NCBI GenBank assembly: GCA_964436435.1
Contig: CAYTCH010000001.1
Location: forward strand, 822,184 to 886,183
Reading direction: 5' to 3'
DNA: 64,000 nt
Origin: an uncultured Pseudomonadota bacterium
Lineage (GTDB): Bacteria; Babelota; Babeliae; Babelales; Vermiphilaceae
In this document: piece by piece, positions 36,578 through 45,030 of the stretch
How the letters are laid out: every line of letters begins with the position of its first letter
Position numbering within the stretch: the first letter of the stretch is position 1
Notes under the pieces: generated by a model
What the model was told of the DNA's origin: nothing
The model's database searches: none
Seen by the model: the letters and a program-made list of their open reading frames with translations, nothing else
Made by a program: the position numbers and the translations under genes

Positions 36578-37834
36578 ATGATTGATTTGGAGCAAGAATC
36601 ACGAAACAATGATACGCCCATGGTGTCTATAAAAGTTATTGGTATTGGCGGCGCTGGTGGCAATACGGTCAACAGTATTATCGAATCTGGTAACCATGAA
36701 GTTGAATGTGTTGTTGCCAATACAGATGCGCAAGCACTCAACCAGTCACAAGCTGTGCACCGCATACAACTTGGTGTGAAATCAACCAAAGGTCTTGGTA
36801 CAGGATCAAATCCTGAGCTGGGCAAGCGCGCGGCAGAAGAAGATCTTGATAAGATTTTGGAAATATTGGGCGATGCTGACATTGTCTTTTTGGCAGCCGG
36901 CATGGGTGGTGGTACCGGTTCAGGTGCCATTTCAGTTATCGCTCGTGCGCTTAAAGAACGGGATATTTTAACCGTTGCTATTGTAACGCGCCCCTTTACC
37001 TTTGAAGGTAAACGCAGAGCACAGGTTGCTGATACCGCCCTTGAACGTTTGCAGCATGAAGTTGATACATTGATTGTGTTGCCGAATCAAAAATTGCTTG
37101 AAGTAGTTGCGCCCAATGCATCCATGATTGATGCATTTGCGATGATCAATAATGTGCTTTCCCAATCGGTAAAAGGCATTTCTGATATTATCACCAAGCC
37201 TGGTCACATTAACGTTGATTTTTCAGACATTCGCACGATCATGAAAGATATGGGAATTGCAGTGATGGGAACTGGCATTGCAATAGGGCAAGATCGTGCT
37301 TTGGAAGCAACGTTGCAGGCAATATCATCACCCTTGTTTGAAAATATGAGTATCACTGGAGCGCATGGTGTTCTTTTGAACATTACCGGTGGCAAAAATC
37401 TTGGGTTACATGAAATTTCTCAAGCGGCCTCCATTGTGTATCAAGAGGCGGATGAAGACGCGAACATTATTTTGGGTTCGGTCATTGATGAATCATTAAC
37501 TGATGAAGTTATTGTTACGATTATAGCAACCGGCTTTGAAGGCCCACGCCGTATGTGTGAACTTGAAAAACCAAAAGATATTCGTGTGATGGCAACGGTT
37601 CTTGCGCCTCAGTCTGAGCCCATGGTTGAGGAGTTGCAACAAAAAGTTATTGCTCAACCAGTTCCTGCGGTTGTGATTGAAGAAATACAGGCGGCACCTG
37701 TGGTGGCGAAAGAAGTAGAGAAGGTTATTATTGCGCAGGCTGAATCTGAACATGCGCTTGAAATTGATGTTGATGATTTAGATTTGCCTTCGTTCATGCG
37801 CAAAGACGTGCGTGAGAAAAGTAAGACTGAGTAA
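36578..37834 (+). CDS. ftsZ: Cell division GTPase FtsZ
   Basis: IKVIGIGGAGGNTVN and tubulin signature AAGMGGGTGSGA. NTDAQAL. C-terminal conserved peptide DDLDLPSFMRK. TAAGGAG RBS. Confidence 0.97.
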   Translation: MIDLEQESRNNDTPMVSIKVIGIGGAGGNTVNSIIESGNHEVECVVANTDAQALNQSQAVHRIQLGVKSTKGLGTGSNPELGKRAAEEDLDKILEILGDADIVFLAAGMGGGTGSGAISVIARALKERDILTVAIVTRPFTFEGKRRAQVADTALERLQHEVDTLIVLPNQKLLEVVAPNASMIDAFAMINNVLSQSVKGISDIITKPGHINVDFSDIRTIMKDMGIAVMGTGIAIGQDRALEATLQAISSPLFENMSITGAHGVLLNITGGKNLGLHEISQAASIVYQEADEDANIILGSVIDESLTDEVIVTIIATGFEGPRRMCELEKPKDIRVMATVLAPQSEPMVEELQQKVIAQPVPAVVIEEIQAAPVVAKEVEKVIIAQAESEHALEIDVDDLDLPSFMRKDVREKSKTE

Positions 37835-37853
37835 TTGTTAGTCATAAACGTTG

Positions 37854-37888
37854 CGGGGCTTAAGAATGGTTTTTGTTCTTGAGCCCCG
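37854..37888 (+). terminator. Hairpin downstream of ftsZ (possible terminator/attenuator, no T-run)
   Basis: 13-bp stem CGGGGCTTAAGAA / TTCTTGAGCCCCG (one G-T pair) with a 9-nt loop. Confidence 0.45.
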
Positions 37889-37969
37889 TGTACTTGAAAA
37901 CTGTTGAGAAATGGGGTGGAAGATTTAGACTGGGGGAAACAAAAGCATAAAAAAATAAAAAAGGTTGTC

Positions 37970-38701
37970 ATGCTAATCCACAATACCCCATCCCTCTGTA
38001 TCTATTTTGGTGATGCCCAAGACAAACTATTCCCTGCCGACTATCTCAACCTGCCACTCGATGCCAATCTGTTTTCTATTTCCAATTATGCTCGTATGTT
38101 AGAGTTGCTGCATCTTAAAAATTTTGTATTTTTACATCAAACTCATAGTACCTCTGGCTTAGTTATAACGTCATCTGAACAAGCACAACAGGTGCGGCCA
38201 TTTTTTTTAGAAGGTGATTATTTGGTTACCGATCAGCCCTTGATTGGTGTGGGTGTTATGACGGCCGATTGTTTGCCTGTTGTTTTGTATGATCCAGTCC
38301 ATCAGGCCATTGCAACTATTCATGCCGGATGGCGGGGCTCGGTACAGGGTATTGTGCTCAAAGCGCTTGAAGTTATGAAAGAAAATTTTGGCACCAAGTC
38401 AGAACAACTTATGGTCTTTTTTGGCCCCTGTGCAAAAGTATGTTGTTATGAAGTGGGGCAGGATTTTCTGGATGGCCTTAAAGAGTGTTCGTTTATTAAC
38501 CATGTAGTGCAGCGCAGAGATTCAAAAATCTTTTTTGATGTACCCATGTATAACCAATTATTATTAGAATCAGTTGGTGTGCCACAAACTGCATTCCAAT
38601 GGCAGTATAATAAATGTACCATGTGTGACCATTCATTTTATTCTCATCGACGTCAAGGTCAGGCTGCAGGCCGGCAAATGACTGTTGTTTGTTTGCAATA
38701 A
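37970..38701 (+). CDS. pgeF: PgeF/YfiH family (DUF152, laccase-domain) purine nucleoside enzyme
   Basis: Blocks HQTHS, DYLVTD, MTADCLPVV, HAGWRG, CCYEVG and CT.C....YSHRR. ATG 37970. Confidence 0.85.
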   Translation: MLIHNTPSLCIYFGDAQDKLFPADYLNLPLDANLFSISNYARMLELLHLKNFVFLHQTHSTSGLVITSSEQAQQVRPFFLEGDYLVTDQPLIGVGVMTADCLPVVLYDPVHQAIATIHAGWRGSVQGIVLKALEVMKENFGTKSEQLMVFFGPCAKVCCYEVGQDFLDGLKECSFINHVVQRRDSKIFFDVPMYNQLLLESVGVPQTAFQWQYNKCTMCDHSFYSHRRQGQAAGRQMTVVCLQ

Positions 38702-38872
38702 GGGCAGAAAGGCGTCTTTTTACAGCGGTCATCTGTGACTTATTCGTAAATGTGATATCATAAGACTCAATTCATTTACTTTTCATAGAACGTTGTCTTA
38801 GGCTAATACTGTTTTGACGTATTCAGTACGCCATTGGTAGCGAAAAACGTATTGATAGTTGGGAAAAAAATC

Positions 38873-41404
38873 ATGATTGCGCAAATACTTGCAAAGATTA
38901 TTGGCACGAAAAACGCTCGAGAACTCAAGCGAATCAGTGCGATTGTTCAAAAAATTAATAGCTTTGAGCCTGCCATGCAAGCTCTTGCTGAGGACCAATT
39001 ACTACTCAAGACGATTGAGTTTCGTGAGCGGTTGAGTCAAGGGCAAACGCTGGATGACATTTTACCAGAAGCATATGCTTTGGTACGTGAAACAGCGCGA
39101 CGCAAATTGGGCGAACGTCACTACGATGTTCAGCTGGTTGGTGGTATCGTGCTTCATGAAGGCAAAATTGCTGAAATGAGAACTGGTGAAGGTAAAACTT
39201 TAGTTGCTACCCTGCCGTTGTATTTGAATGCTTTAACGGGCAAAGGTGCGCAGCTGGTAACGGTGAACGATTATCTTGCACGCCGGGATGCTGAATGGAT
39301 GAGCCCTATTTACACAACGCTCGGCCTTTCGGTTGGCATTTTGCAAAACTCATCTACTGATTCTGAACGTAAAATCGCTTACAACTCCGACATTTTATAC
39401 GCAACTAATAACGAACTTGGTTTTGACTATCTGCGGGACAACATGAAGTTCCGTGTTTCTGATTATGTACAGCGCGATTTGCAGTACGCAATTGTTGATG
39501 AAGTTGATTCCATTTTGATTGATGAAGCGCGAACCCCGCTGATTATTTCTGGTGGCAATGATGAAAGCAGTGAGCTTTATGTTGCTGCCGACAGAGTTGT
39601 TCGGTACCTTCAGCGCACCACGGATTATGAGGTTGATGAAAAGGCTCGCTCGGTACAGTTGACCGAATCTGGTGTCGATAAGGTTGAAGCTGCTTTTAAC
39701 GTCAAAAATATTTATAACATAGAAAATCTGAATCTTTTGCATCATGTTAGCCAGGCTCTTAAGGCGAACGTGCTCTTTCGACTGGATGTTGATTATGTGG
39801 TGAAAGAGGGGCAAGTGCTCATCGTTGATGAGTTCACCGGCCGTATTTTACCTGGTCGACGTTATTCGGATGGGCTGCATCAGGGATTGGAAGCAAAAGA
39901 GGGCGTTGAGATTGAACGTGAAACGCACACACTTGCATCCATTACACTACAAAATTATTTTAGAATTTATAAAAAACTGGCAGGTATGTCTGGTACCGCG
40001 GTCACGGATGCTGAAGAGTTTCATAAGATTTATAAACTTGATGTCATTACGATACCAACCAACAAACCGATTATTAGAGATGACAAAGCTGACCTTATTT
40101 TCTTGACACAAAAGGCGAAAAATAACGCGATTGTAGAGGATGTTAAAGAGCGTTATAAAAAGGGGCAGCCGGTTTTGATTGGTACTATTGCCATTGAAGC
40201 ATCGGAACATTTGAGCGCTATTTTGACCGCCAACGGCATTCCCCATGAAGTTCTGAATGCAAAACAACACGTTCGCGAAGCTGACATTGTGTTGCATGCC
40301 GGTGAACCGGGACATGTTACTATCGCCACCAATATGGCGGGTCGTGGTACCGATATTAAATTAACGCCAGAATCAAGACTTGCTGGAGGTCTTTATATTT
40401 TGGGTACCGAGCGGCATGAAAGTCGCCGTATTGATAATCAGCTGCGTGGACGTTCTGGTCGTCAAGGCGATCCAGGAGAATCACGCTTTTATATTTCATT
40501 GGATGATGAACTTATTCGAATTTTTGCCGGTGATACGCTCAAGAATAATATGAAGCGTTTTGGCATGCAGGAAGATGAGGTTATTGAATCCAAGTATGTT
40601 TCAAAAATCATTGAACGTTCGCAAGAAAAGGTTGAAAAGCGCAACTTTGAAATTCGTAAACATCTGATTGAATATGATGACGTGTTAAATCAACAACGTA
40701 CTGTTGTGTATAACTATCGCCGTGCATCACTAGAAGGTGAGCGGGATGTGTATGAATTGGTACGTGATCTGATTACCGAGGCAGTACAGGCGGTTGTGTA
40801 CCGTGTCTGCCCTTCACGTAAAGTTATGGCTCAAGACGTTGAGAAGGTATATGAGTTAATTACTCAGTTAACCGGTCTCAAGATGGAAGATATCGTCAAG
40901 CAAGGACTTGATGAATCAAATAGTGAGGTTTTAAAAACAGATCTTATTAATCTTTTACTTTCCCGTTATGAGCTTTATAGAAGTCAACAGCCGGCGCAAG
41001 TGATTCAGGACGCTGAAAAATGGTTGGTGTTAGAAACCATCGACCAAGCCTGGAAGCAACATATGGTTAATCTTGACCATTTGAAAGAGGGTATTGGTTT
41101 GCGTGGATGGGGACAAAAAAACCCGCTCATAGAATATAAGCGGGAATCATTTGCAATGTTTGAAGATATGATGGATCACGTGAGATTTGATATTGTGCAT
41201 CACGTATTTCACTTGAATCTTGAACGTTTTGACGCCCATGAGATAGAAGAAAAGCGCGAGCGAGAACTTGATCAATTGAATATGAATTTGAGTGCTGGCG
41301 GTGAACCTGTTGACGTTGAGCAACGTCAGGTAGACAAAATCGGTCGCAATGATTCATGTCCTTGTGGCTCTGGTAAAAAATACAAGAAATGCTGCGGAAG
41401 CTAA
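38873..41404 (+). CDS. secA: Preprotein translocase ATPase SecA
   Basis: N-terminus MIAQILAKIIGTKNARELKR. Walker A MRTGEGKTLVA. DEAD-like DEVDSILIDEARTPLIISG. C-terminal Zn finger CPCGSGKKYKKCCG. ATG 38873. Confidence 0.97.
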   Translation: MIAQILAKIIGTKNARELKRISAIVQKINSFEPAMQALAEDQLLLKTIEFRERLSQGQTLDDILPEAYALVRETARRKLGERHYDVQLVGGIVLHEGKIAEMRTGEGKTLVATLPLYLNALTGKGAQLVTVNDYLARRDAEWMSPIYTTLGLSVGILQNSSTDSERKIAYNSDILYATNNELGFDYLRDNMKFRVSDYVQRDLQYAIVDEVDSILIDEARTPLIISGGNDESSELYVAADRVVRYLQRTTDYEVDEKARSVQLTESGVDKVEAAFNVKNIYNIENLNLLHHVSQALKANVLFRLDVDYVVKEGQVLIVDEFTGRILPGRRYSDGLHQGLEAKEGVEIERETHTLASITLQNYFRIYKKLAGMSGTAVTDAEEFHKIYKLDVITIPTNKPIIRDDKADLIFLTQKAKNNAIVEDVKERYKKGQPVLIGTIAIEASEHLSAILTANGIPHEVLNAKQHVREADIVLHAGEPGHVTIATNMAGRGTDIKLTPESRLAGGLYILGTERHESRRIDNQLRGRSGRQGDPGESRFYISLDDELIRIFAGDTLKNNMKRFGMQEDEVIESKYVSKIIERSQEKVEKRNFEIRKHLIEYDDVLNQQRTVVYNYRRASLEGERDVYELVRDLITEAVQAVVYRVCPSRKVMAQDVEKVYELITQLTGLKMEDIVKQGLDESNSEVLKTDLINLLLSRYELYRSQQPAQVIQDAEKWLVLETIDQAWKQHMVNLDHLKEGIGLRGWGQKNPLIEYKRESFAMFEDMMDHVRFDIVHHVFHLNLERFDAHEIEEKRERELDQLNMNLSAGGEPVDVEQRQVDKIGRNDSCPCGSGKKYKKCCGS

Positions 41405-41462
41405 CCTTTTTATGTGATAGATGGCAAATGGAGGTTTGCTCTCGTTAATGAAATTTATTCAA

Positions 41463-41807
41463 TTATTGTTGTACTGTTGTTACTTTTGGCAAAGCACGGC
41501 GTCTGTGAATTGAATAAACATTATTCATAATTTTTCGTACTTCATTTTTGTTTGCTATCAATGTTTTGGATTCAAAGGAGCCTTGAGCTGCTGTTGTTTT
41601 GATAGCTTCCATGGTTTTGACAATCTCTTTTCCCTCTTGCAACAGGTTGTCAAGTTGACTGAGGTCAAGCCAGGTGTCCATTTTGATTTTGACAATGTTT
41701 AATTGGTCGATCAATTGATCCTGGTCAATAAATTTTGTTGTTACGGTCTCGCCCAAAAGTGCAGTTGAGATGCTGAGCAATGCGCCGATGAGTAACAATT
41801 TTTTCAT
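41463..41807 (-). CDS. Hypothetical small exported protein
   Basis: Signal peptide MKKLLLIGALLSISTALLG. AAGGGGA RBS. 114 aa helical. Confidence 0.55.
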   Translation of the reverse strand: MKKLLLIGALLSISTALLGETVTTKFIDQDQLIDQLNIVKIKMDTWLDLSQLDNLLQEGKEIVKTMEAIKTTAAQGSFESKTLIANKNEVRKIMNNVYSIHRRRALPKVTTVQQ

Positions 41808-41844
41808 GATTTTCCCCTTGAGAAATAACCCCTTAGTCAGTCTT

Positions 41845-41910
41845 TTACAAAAGCATTCTGAGCAGAATTATTATTACAAGCACAAGTATGATGGTTATTA
41901 ATATGTCCAT
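41845..41910 (-). CDS. Candidate 21-aa hydrophobic micro-protein, not in the ORF track
   Basis: AAGGGA lies 7 nt upstream of the ATG. Translation: MDILITIILVLVIIILLRMLL (a single TM helix). Same strand as, and between, neighbouring small exported-protein genes. Confidence 0.35.
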   Translation of the reverse strand: MDILITIILVLVIIILLRMLL

Positions 41911-42122
41911 GTTTATTCCCTTTTATTAAGGCACTTACATGTAGTTTATTGAGAGATTTTATATATCTCCCAATAAAGTCTTTAGATTATTAACCGAAGT
42001 TTTTAGTCTAAAGACTCCATTGGTTCATCTATCCGTTTGGAGTTGTTATTTTTCATAACGAGCCCCAATTGGTGTCCATGAATAAAATACCCATGAACAG
42101 TGCGGATAGATGAGAATTTGTG

Positions 42123-42407
42123 TTACGCAGGAGTAACTTCTGTTAAATCTTCTTCTTCTTCCATCATCTCAGTAGCAGGAGCAGTTGGAGTTGTTGTGTC
42201 TACTGCTTCTTCTGCCTTGAGTTCTGCCTCAAGTTGCTTTAATTCTTCATCGCTCATGGTGTATTCACTTCTGCCTTCAGGCATTGTGTTAACGCCCTTT
42301 TTAATCATGCCTGATTCTGTAGTGCTGGCAATGACGCCAACGGTGGCTACAATTCCAAGCATCACAAGAATACCTGAAAGTATCGTTGTTTTTTTGTTCA
42401 TAATCAT
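42123..42407 (-). CDS. Small N-terminally anchored protein, tandem paralog 1
   Basis: MNKKTTILSGILVMLGIVATVGVIASTTESGMIKKGVNTMPEGRSEY is nearly identical in pattern to the N-terminus of the upstream ORF. Acidic Glu/Thr-rich tail. Confidence 0.6.
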   Translation of the reverse strand: MIMNKKTTILSGILVMLGIVATVGVIASTTESGMIKKGVNTMPEGRSEYTMSDEELKQLEAELKAEEAVDTTTPTAPATEMMEEEEDLTEVTPA

Positions 42408-42435
42408 TCCCCTTTTGTTTTAATAAAACATTCTT

Positions 42436-42846
42436 CTATTTTTTAAGTTCAGCAAGTTTTTTAGTAACAGCTTCAATGGTTGATTTGACTTTTTCATTAA
42501 TCGATTGTTTAGCTTTTAAGTACGTCGCATCATTGCTGGCGTTATAAATTTTTATATGTCTTGCTGTCATCGCATCCCAGACTTCTTGTATTCGAGCAGG
42601 CAATTGGCTATCACGCTTGATAGTAAGAAGATTTAAGTCTTGCATGGTGCCTTTAAGTGCCTTATCTATAGCGTCTAAATCGCTCATCGGCGCATATTTA
42701 TATTCACTTCTGCCAGCAGCCATGGTGTGGATACCTTTTTTGATCATACCGGTGGTTTCAGTGGTCCTGGCGATAACGCCAAAGGTTACTACAATGCCAA
42801 GCATCACAAGGACACCTGAAAGCATTGCCGTTGTTTTGTTCATCAC
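42436..42846 (-). CDS. Small N-terminally anchored protein, tandem paralog 2
   Basis: MNKTTAMLSGVLVMLGIVVTFGVIARTTETTGMIKKGIHTMAAGRSEY followed by a ~85-aa helical domain. Confidence 0.6.
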   Translation of the reverse strand: MMNKTTAMLSGVLVMLGIVVTFGVIARTTETTGMIKKGIHTMAAGRSEYKYAPMSDLDAIDKALKGTMQDLNLLTIKRDSQLPARIQEVWDAMTARHIKIYNASNDATYLKAKQSINEKVKSTIEAVTKKLAELKK

Positions 42847-43026
42847 CTATCTCCTTTTTTGTTTTTACCGAGATATATTTTCCCTTACATTTAATAGTTT
42901 ATCAGTTATGTATTTCAATTTGCAATAATTTAATTGAAAAATATATGGAGTGTGTGTGGATAGTTTGACAAGATCAGGGTGTCAGTGTTTTGGGTGCTCT
43001 GGCAATTTGTCTCGGTCTGCCAAAGA

Positions 43027-43068
43027 TAAAAAAAAGAGCGCCCATAAAGAGCGCTCTTTTTTTTATCT
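43027..43068. terminator. Bidirectional intrinsic terminator
   Basis: AAGAGCGC...GCGCTCTT stem (contains the palindrome AGAGCGCTCT), flanked by A8 upstream and T8 downstream. Confidence 0.8.
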
Positions 43069-43073
43069 TTTAT

Positions 43074-43592
43074 TTATCGTTGTTCCATTTCCATAGGTGC
43101 TTCAACCATTTCACGTTGAGCGCGGCAAGGACATGTTGTTTTGCAACAAGGACGTGGGGCTGGTTTGCAACAAACAGGTTTTACTTTTTTTACACAACAA
43201 GGACGTGGGGCTGGCTTGCAACAAACAGGTTTTACCTTTTTTACACAACAAGGACGTGGAGCTGGTTTGCAACAAACAGGCTTTACTTTTTTTACACAAC
43301 AAGGACGTGGAGCTGGCTTGCAACAAACAGGTTTTACTTTTTTTACACAACAAGGACGTGGAGCTGGCTTGCAGGTATCAACTTGAGCTACAGGAAGTTC
43401 TTGTGGAGCTGACATTTCTAATTGTGCTGTTTCAGCTTCTGTTGCTATCTGTTTTTGTTCCATTTGCATTGGTGTCATTTCTTCCATGCCGGTACCTTCA
43501 GTCATTGGCTTTTGTTCTGCAAGCAGGCCGGTCGTTGAAAACAAGAAAAGTCCCATAAGGACTGCGGACAGGCGTTTATTTACTGGATTCAT
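43074..43592 (-). CDS. Exported Cys-Cys tandem-repeat protein (KPAPRPCCVKKVKPVCC x4.5) with Met/Glu-rich flanks
   Basis: Signal peptide MNPVNKRLSAVLMGLFLFSTTGLLA. 21 Cys in 172 aa. The repeat units are identical at the protein level. Terminator immediately downstream. Confidence 0.75.
   Translation of the reverse strand: MNPVNKRLSAVLMGLFLFSTTGLLAEQKPMTEGTGMEEMTPMQMEQKQIATEAETAQLEMSAPQELPVAQVDTCKPAPRPCCVKKVKPVCCKPAPRPCCVKKVKPVCCKPAPRPCCVKKVKPVCCKPAPRPCCVKKVKPVCCKPAPRPCCKTTCPCRAQREMVEAPMEMEQR
43147..43373 (-). repeat. 51-bp tandem repeat, 4 full units plus one partial, inside the CC-repeat CDS
   Basis: Units begin at 43147, 43198, 43249, 43300 and 43351 (CAAGGACGTGG...). Only four variable columns among the units. 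Confidence 0.95.
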
Positions 43593-43768
43593 ACACGTAC
43601 TCCTTCATTAAGAATTATAAAATAGACCCTTACTTTCAATTCGATAGGCTGTGCCTCTCTACGATTTAATCCTAGCAAAGGTATAATTTAAATTGCAATA
43701 AATTTTCAAATAGAAAAAAGTTTGTTCGATAGGGACGATTGATTGGAGATTGAAAGGCTTATATTTTT

Positions 43769-44863
43769 TTATTCAATCACTGCCCGTGCACGTTTGTTGG
43801 CATACGTGGTGGTGAGATAGTTTGAATAAAATGTGTTGGCGGAAGAAATAATGGTGTTCAGGTCAGAGTGTTGTGGTTGCCAGCCCAGGGTTTCATGGGC
43901 TTTTGAAGGGTTGGCAATTAGTAATGCCGGATCGCCCTGTCGTCGGTTGGTAACGGTGTAATTTAATTTTGTGTTGCAGGTTTGTTCCACCGCGCGGATT
44001 ATTTCTTGCACCGAAAATCCATGCCCCGTGCCAAGGTTAAAGAAATCTGAGGTTCCACCATTATTCAAGTATTCAAGTGCTTTGTAGTGAGCTTGTGCCA
44101 CGTCAGACACATGAATGTAATCCCGCACGCAGGTTCCATCTGTGGTTGGGTAGTCGTTGCCAAAGATAGTTAAGGGGGTGTTTTCATGCGCAGCATGCAA
44201 AAGCAATGGAATGAGGTGTGATTCTGGTTGATGTTGTTCGCCTAGTCCACATTCTGGCAGAGCGCCGGCCGCATTAAAATAGCGCAACGCAATAAAGTGC
44301 AGGTCATAGGCGTTGGCAAAATCTTCCAACATCATTTCAACTATGAGCTTATTTTTGCCATAGGGGCTGATTGGGTTTTTGGGGTGCGTTTCAGATATTG
44401 GCATCTCAACTGGATTTCCATAGACTGCGCAGCTGGATGAAAAAATGATATTTTTTACCTGATGATCAAGCATCGTTTCTAGTAACGTGCAGGTTTTAAT
44501 CACGTTATTGTTGTAGTAAGCGCGGGGAAATTTGACCGATTCACCAACTTCAATGAGTGCTGCACAGTGTATCACCGCAAGTACATTATTGTTTTCAAAA
44601 ATCTCAGCAAGTACGTGAGTGTCGGCGTAATCTGCCGTGAGGACTGAAATCTGTCCTGCATTTTTTTCTTCGAGGTTGTCAAAATGGATGAGCTGTGTGA
44701 GCGTTGTCATCTCAAAAGGATGCGGTACATGTTGATGATGCTTGAAGGTGTCGAGCACTATGACCTTGTACCCTTTTTGTGACAATAAGAGTGCGGTATG
44801 GGATCCAATGTATCCTGCTCCGCCGGTAACAACAATGGTGGGTTGAGCGCTTGCCAAAATCAT
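43769..44863 (-). CDS. galE: UDP-glucose 4-epimerase
   Basis: VTGGAGYIGSH Rossmann motif. SSSCAVYG and YGKNK (S...YxxxK catalytic triad). DYIHVSD. Confidence 0.9.
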   Translation of the reverse strand: MILASAQPTIVVTGGAGYIGSHTALLLSQKGYKVIVLDTFKHHQHVPHPFEMTTLTQLIHFDNLEEKNAGQISVLTADYADTHVLAEIFENNNVLAVIHCAALIEVGESVKFPRAYYNNNVIKTCTLLETMLDHQVKNIIFSSSCAVYGNPVEMPISETHPKNPISPYGKNKLIVEMMLEDFANAYDLHFIALRYFNAAGALPECGLGEQHQPESHLIPLLLHAAHENTPLTIFGNDYPTTDGTCVRDYIHVSDVAQAHYKALEYLNNGGTSDFFNLGTGHGFSVQEIIRAVEQTCNTKLNYTVTNRRQGDPALLIANPSKAHETLGWQPQHSDLNTIISSANTFYSNYLTTTYANKRARAVIE

Positions 44864-45030
44864 GTAAAAAATTCCTTTTTTTTATGGAACACAGAGATTG
44901 GTATGTTGTACCATGTTATTGCTTGTGGAGCAATTTTTGTGCGCAAGCGTTGCAATTGGAGAGTTGAATTGTATAGAGTGCATGTGCAGTGGTCAGTTGT
45001 TAAGAAGAATTAACTGTAAAAGGAGTGCGC

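Noticed and set aside
43097-43558. Long plus-strand ORFs (43097-43558, 43141-43386, 42990-43412) and a second minus-frame ORF (43111-43353) over the 51-bp repeats; also considered whether the repeats could be a CRISPR array.
   Set aside because: They are frame-shifted or antisense readings of the same tandem repeat. Only the 43074-43592 minus frame has a signal peptide, non-repeat flanks and synonymous-only variation. It is not a CRISPR array, because the units abut with no spacers, the period is 51 bp, and the repeats lie inside a CDS.
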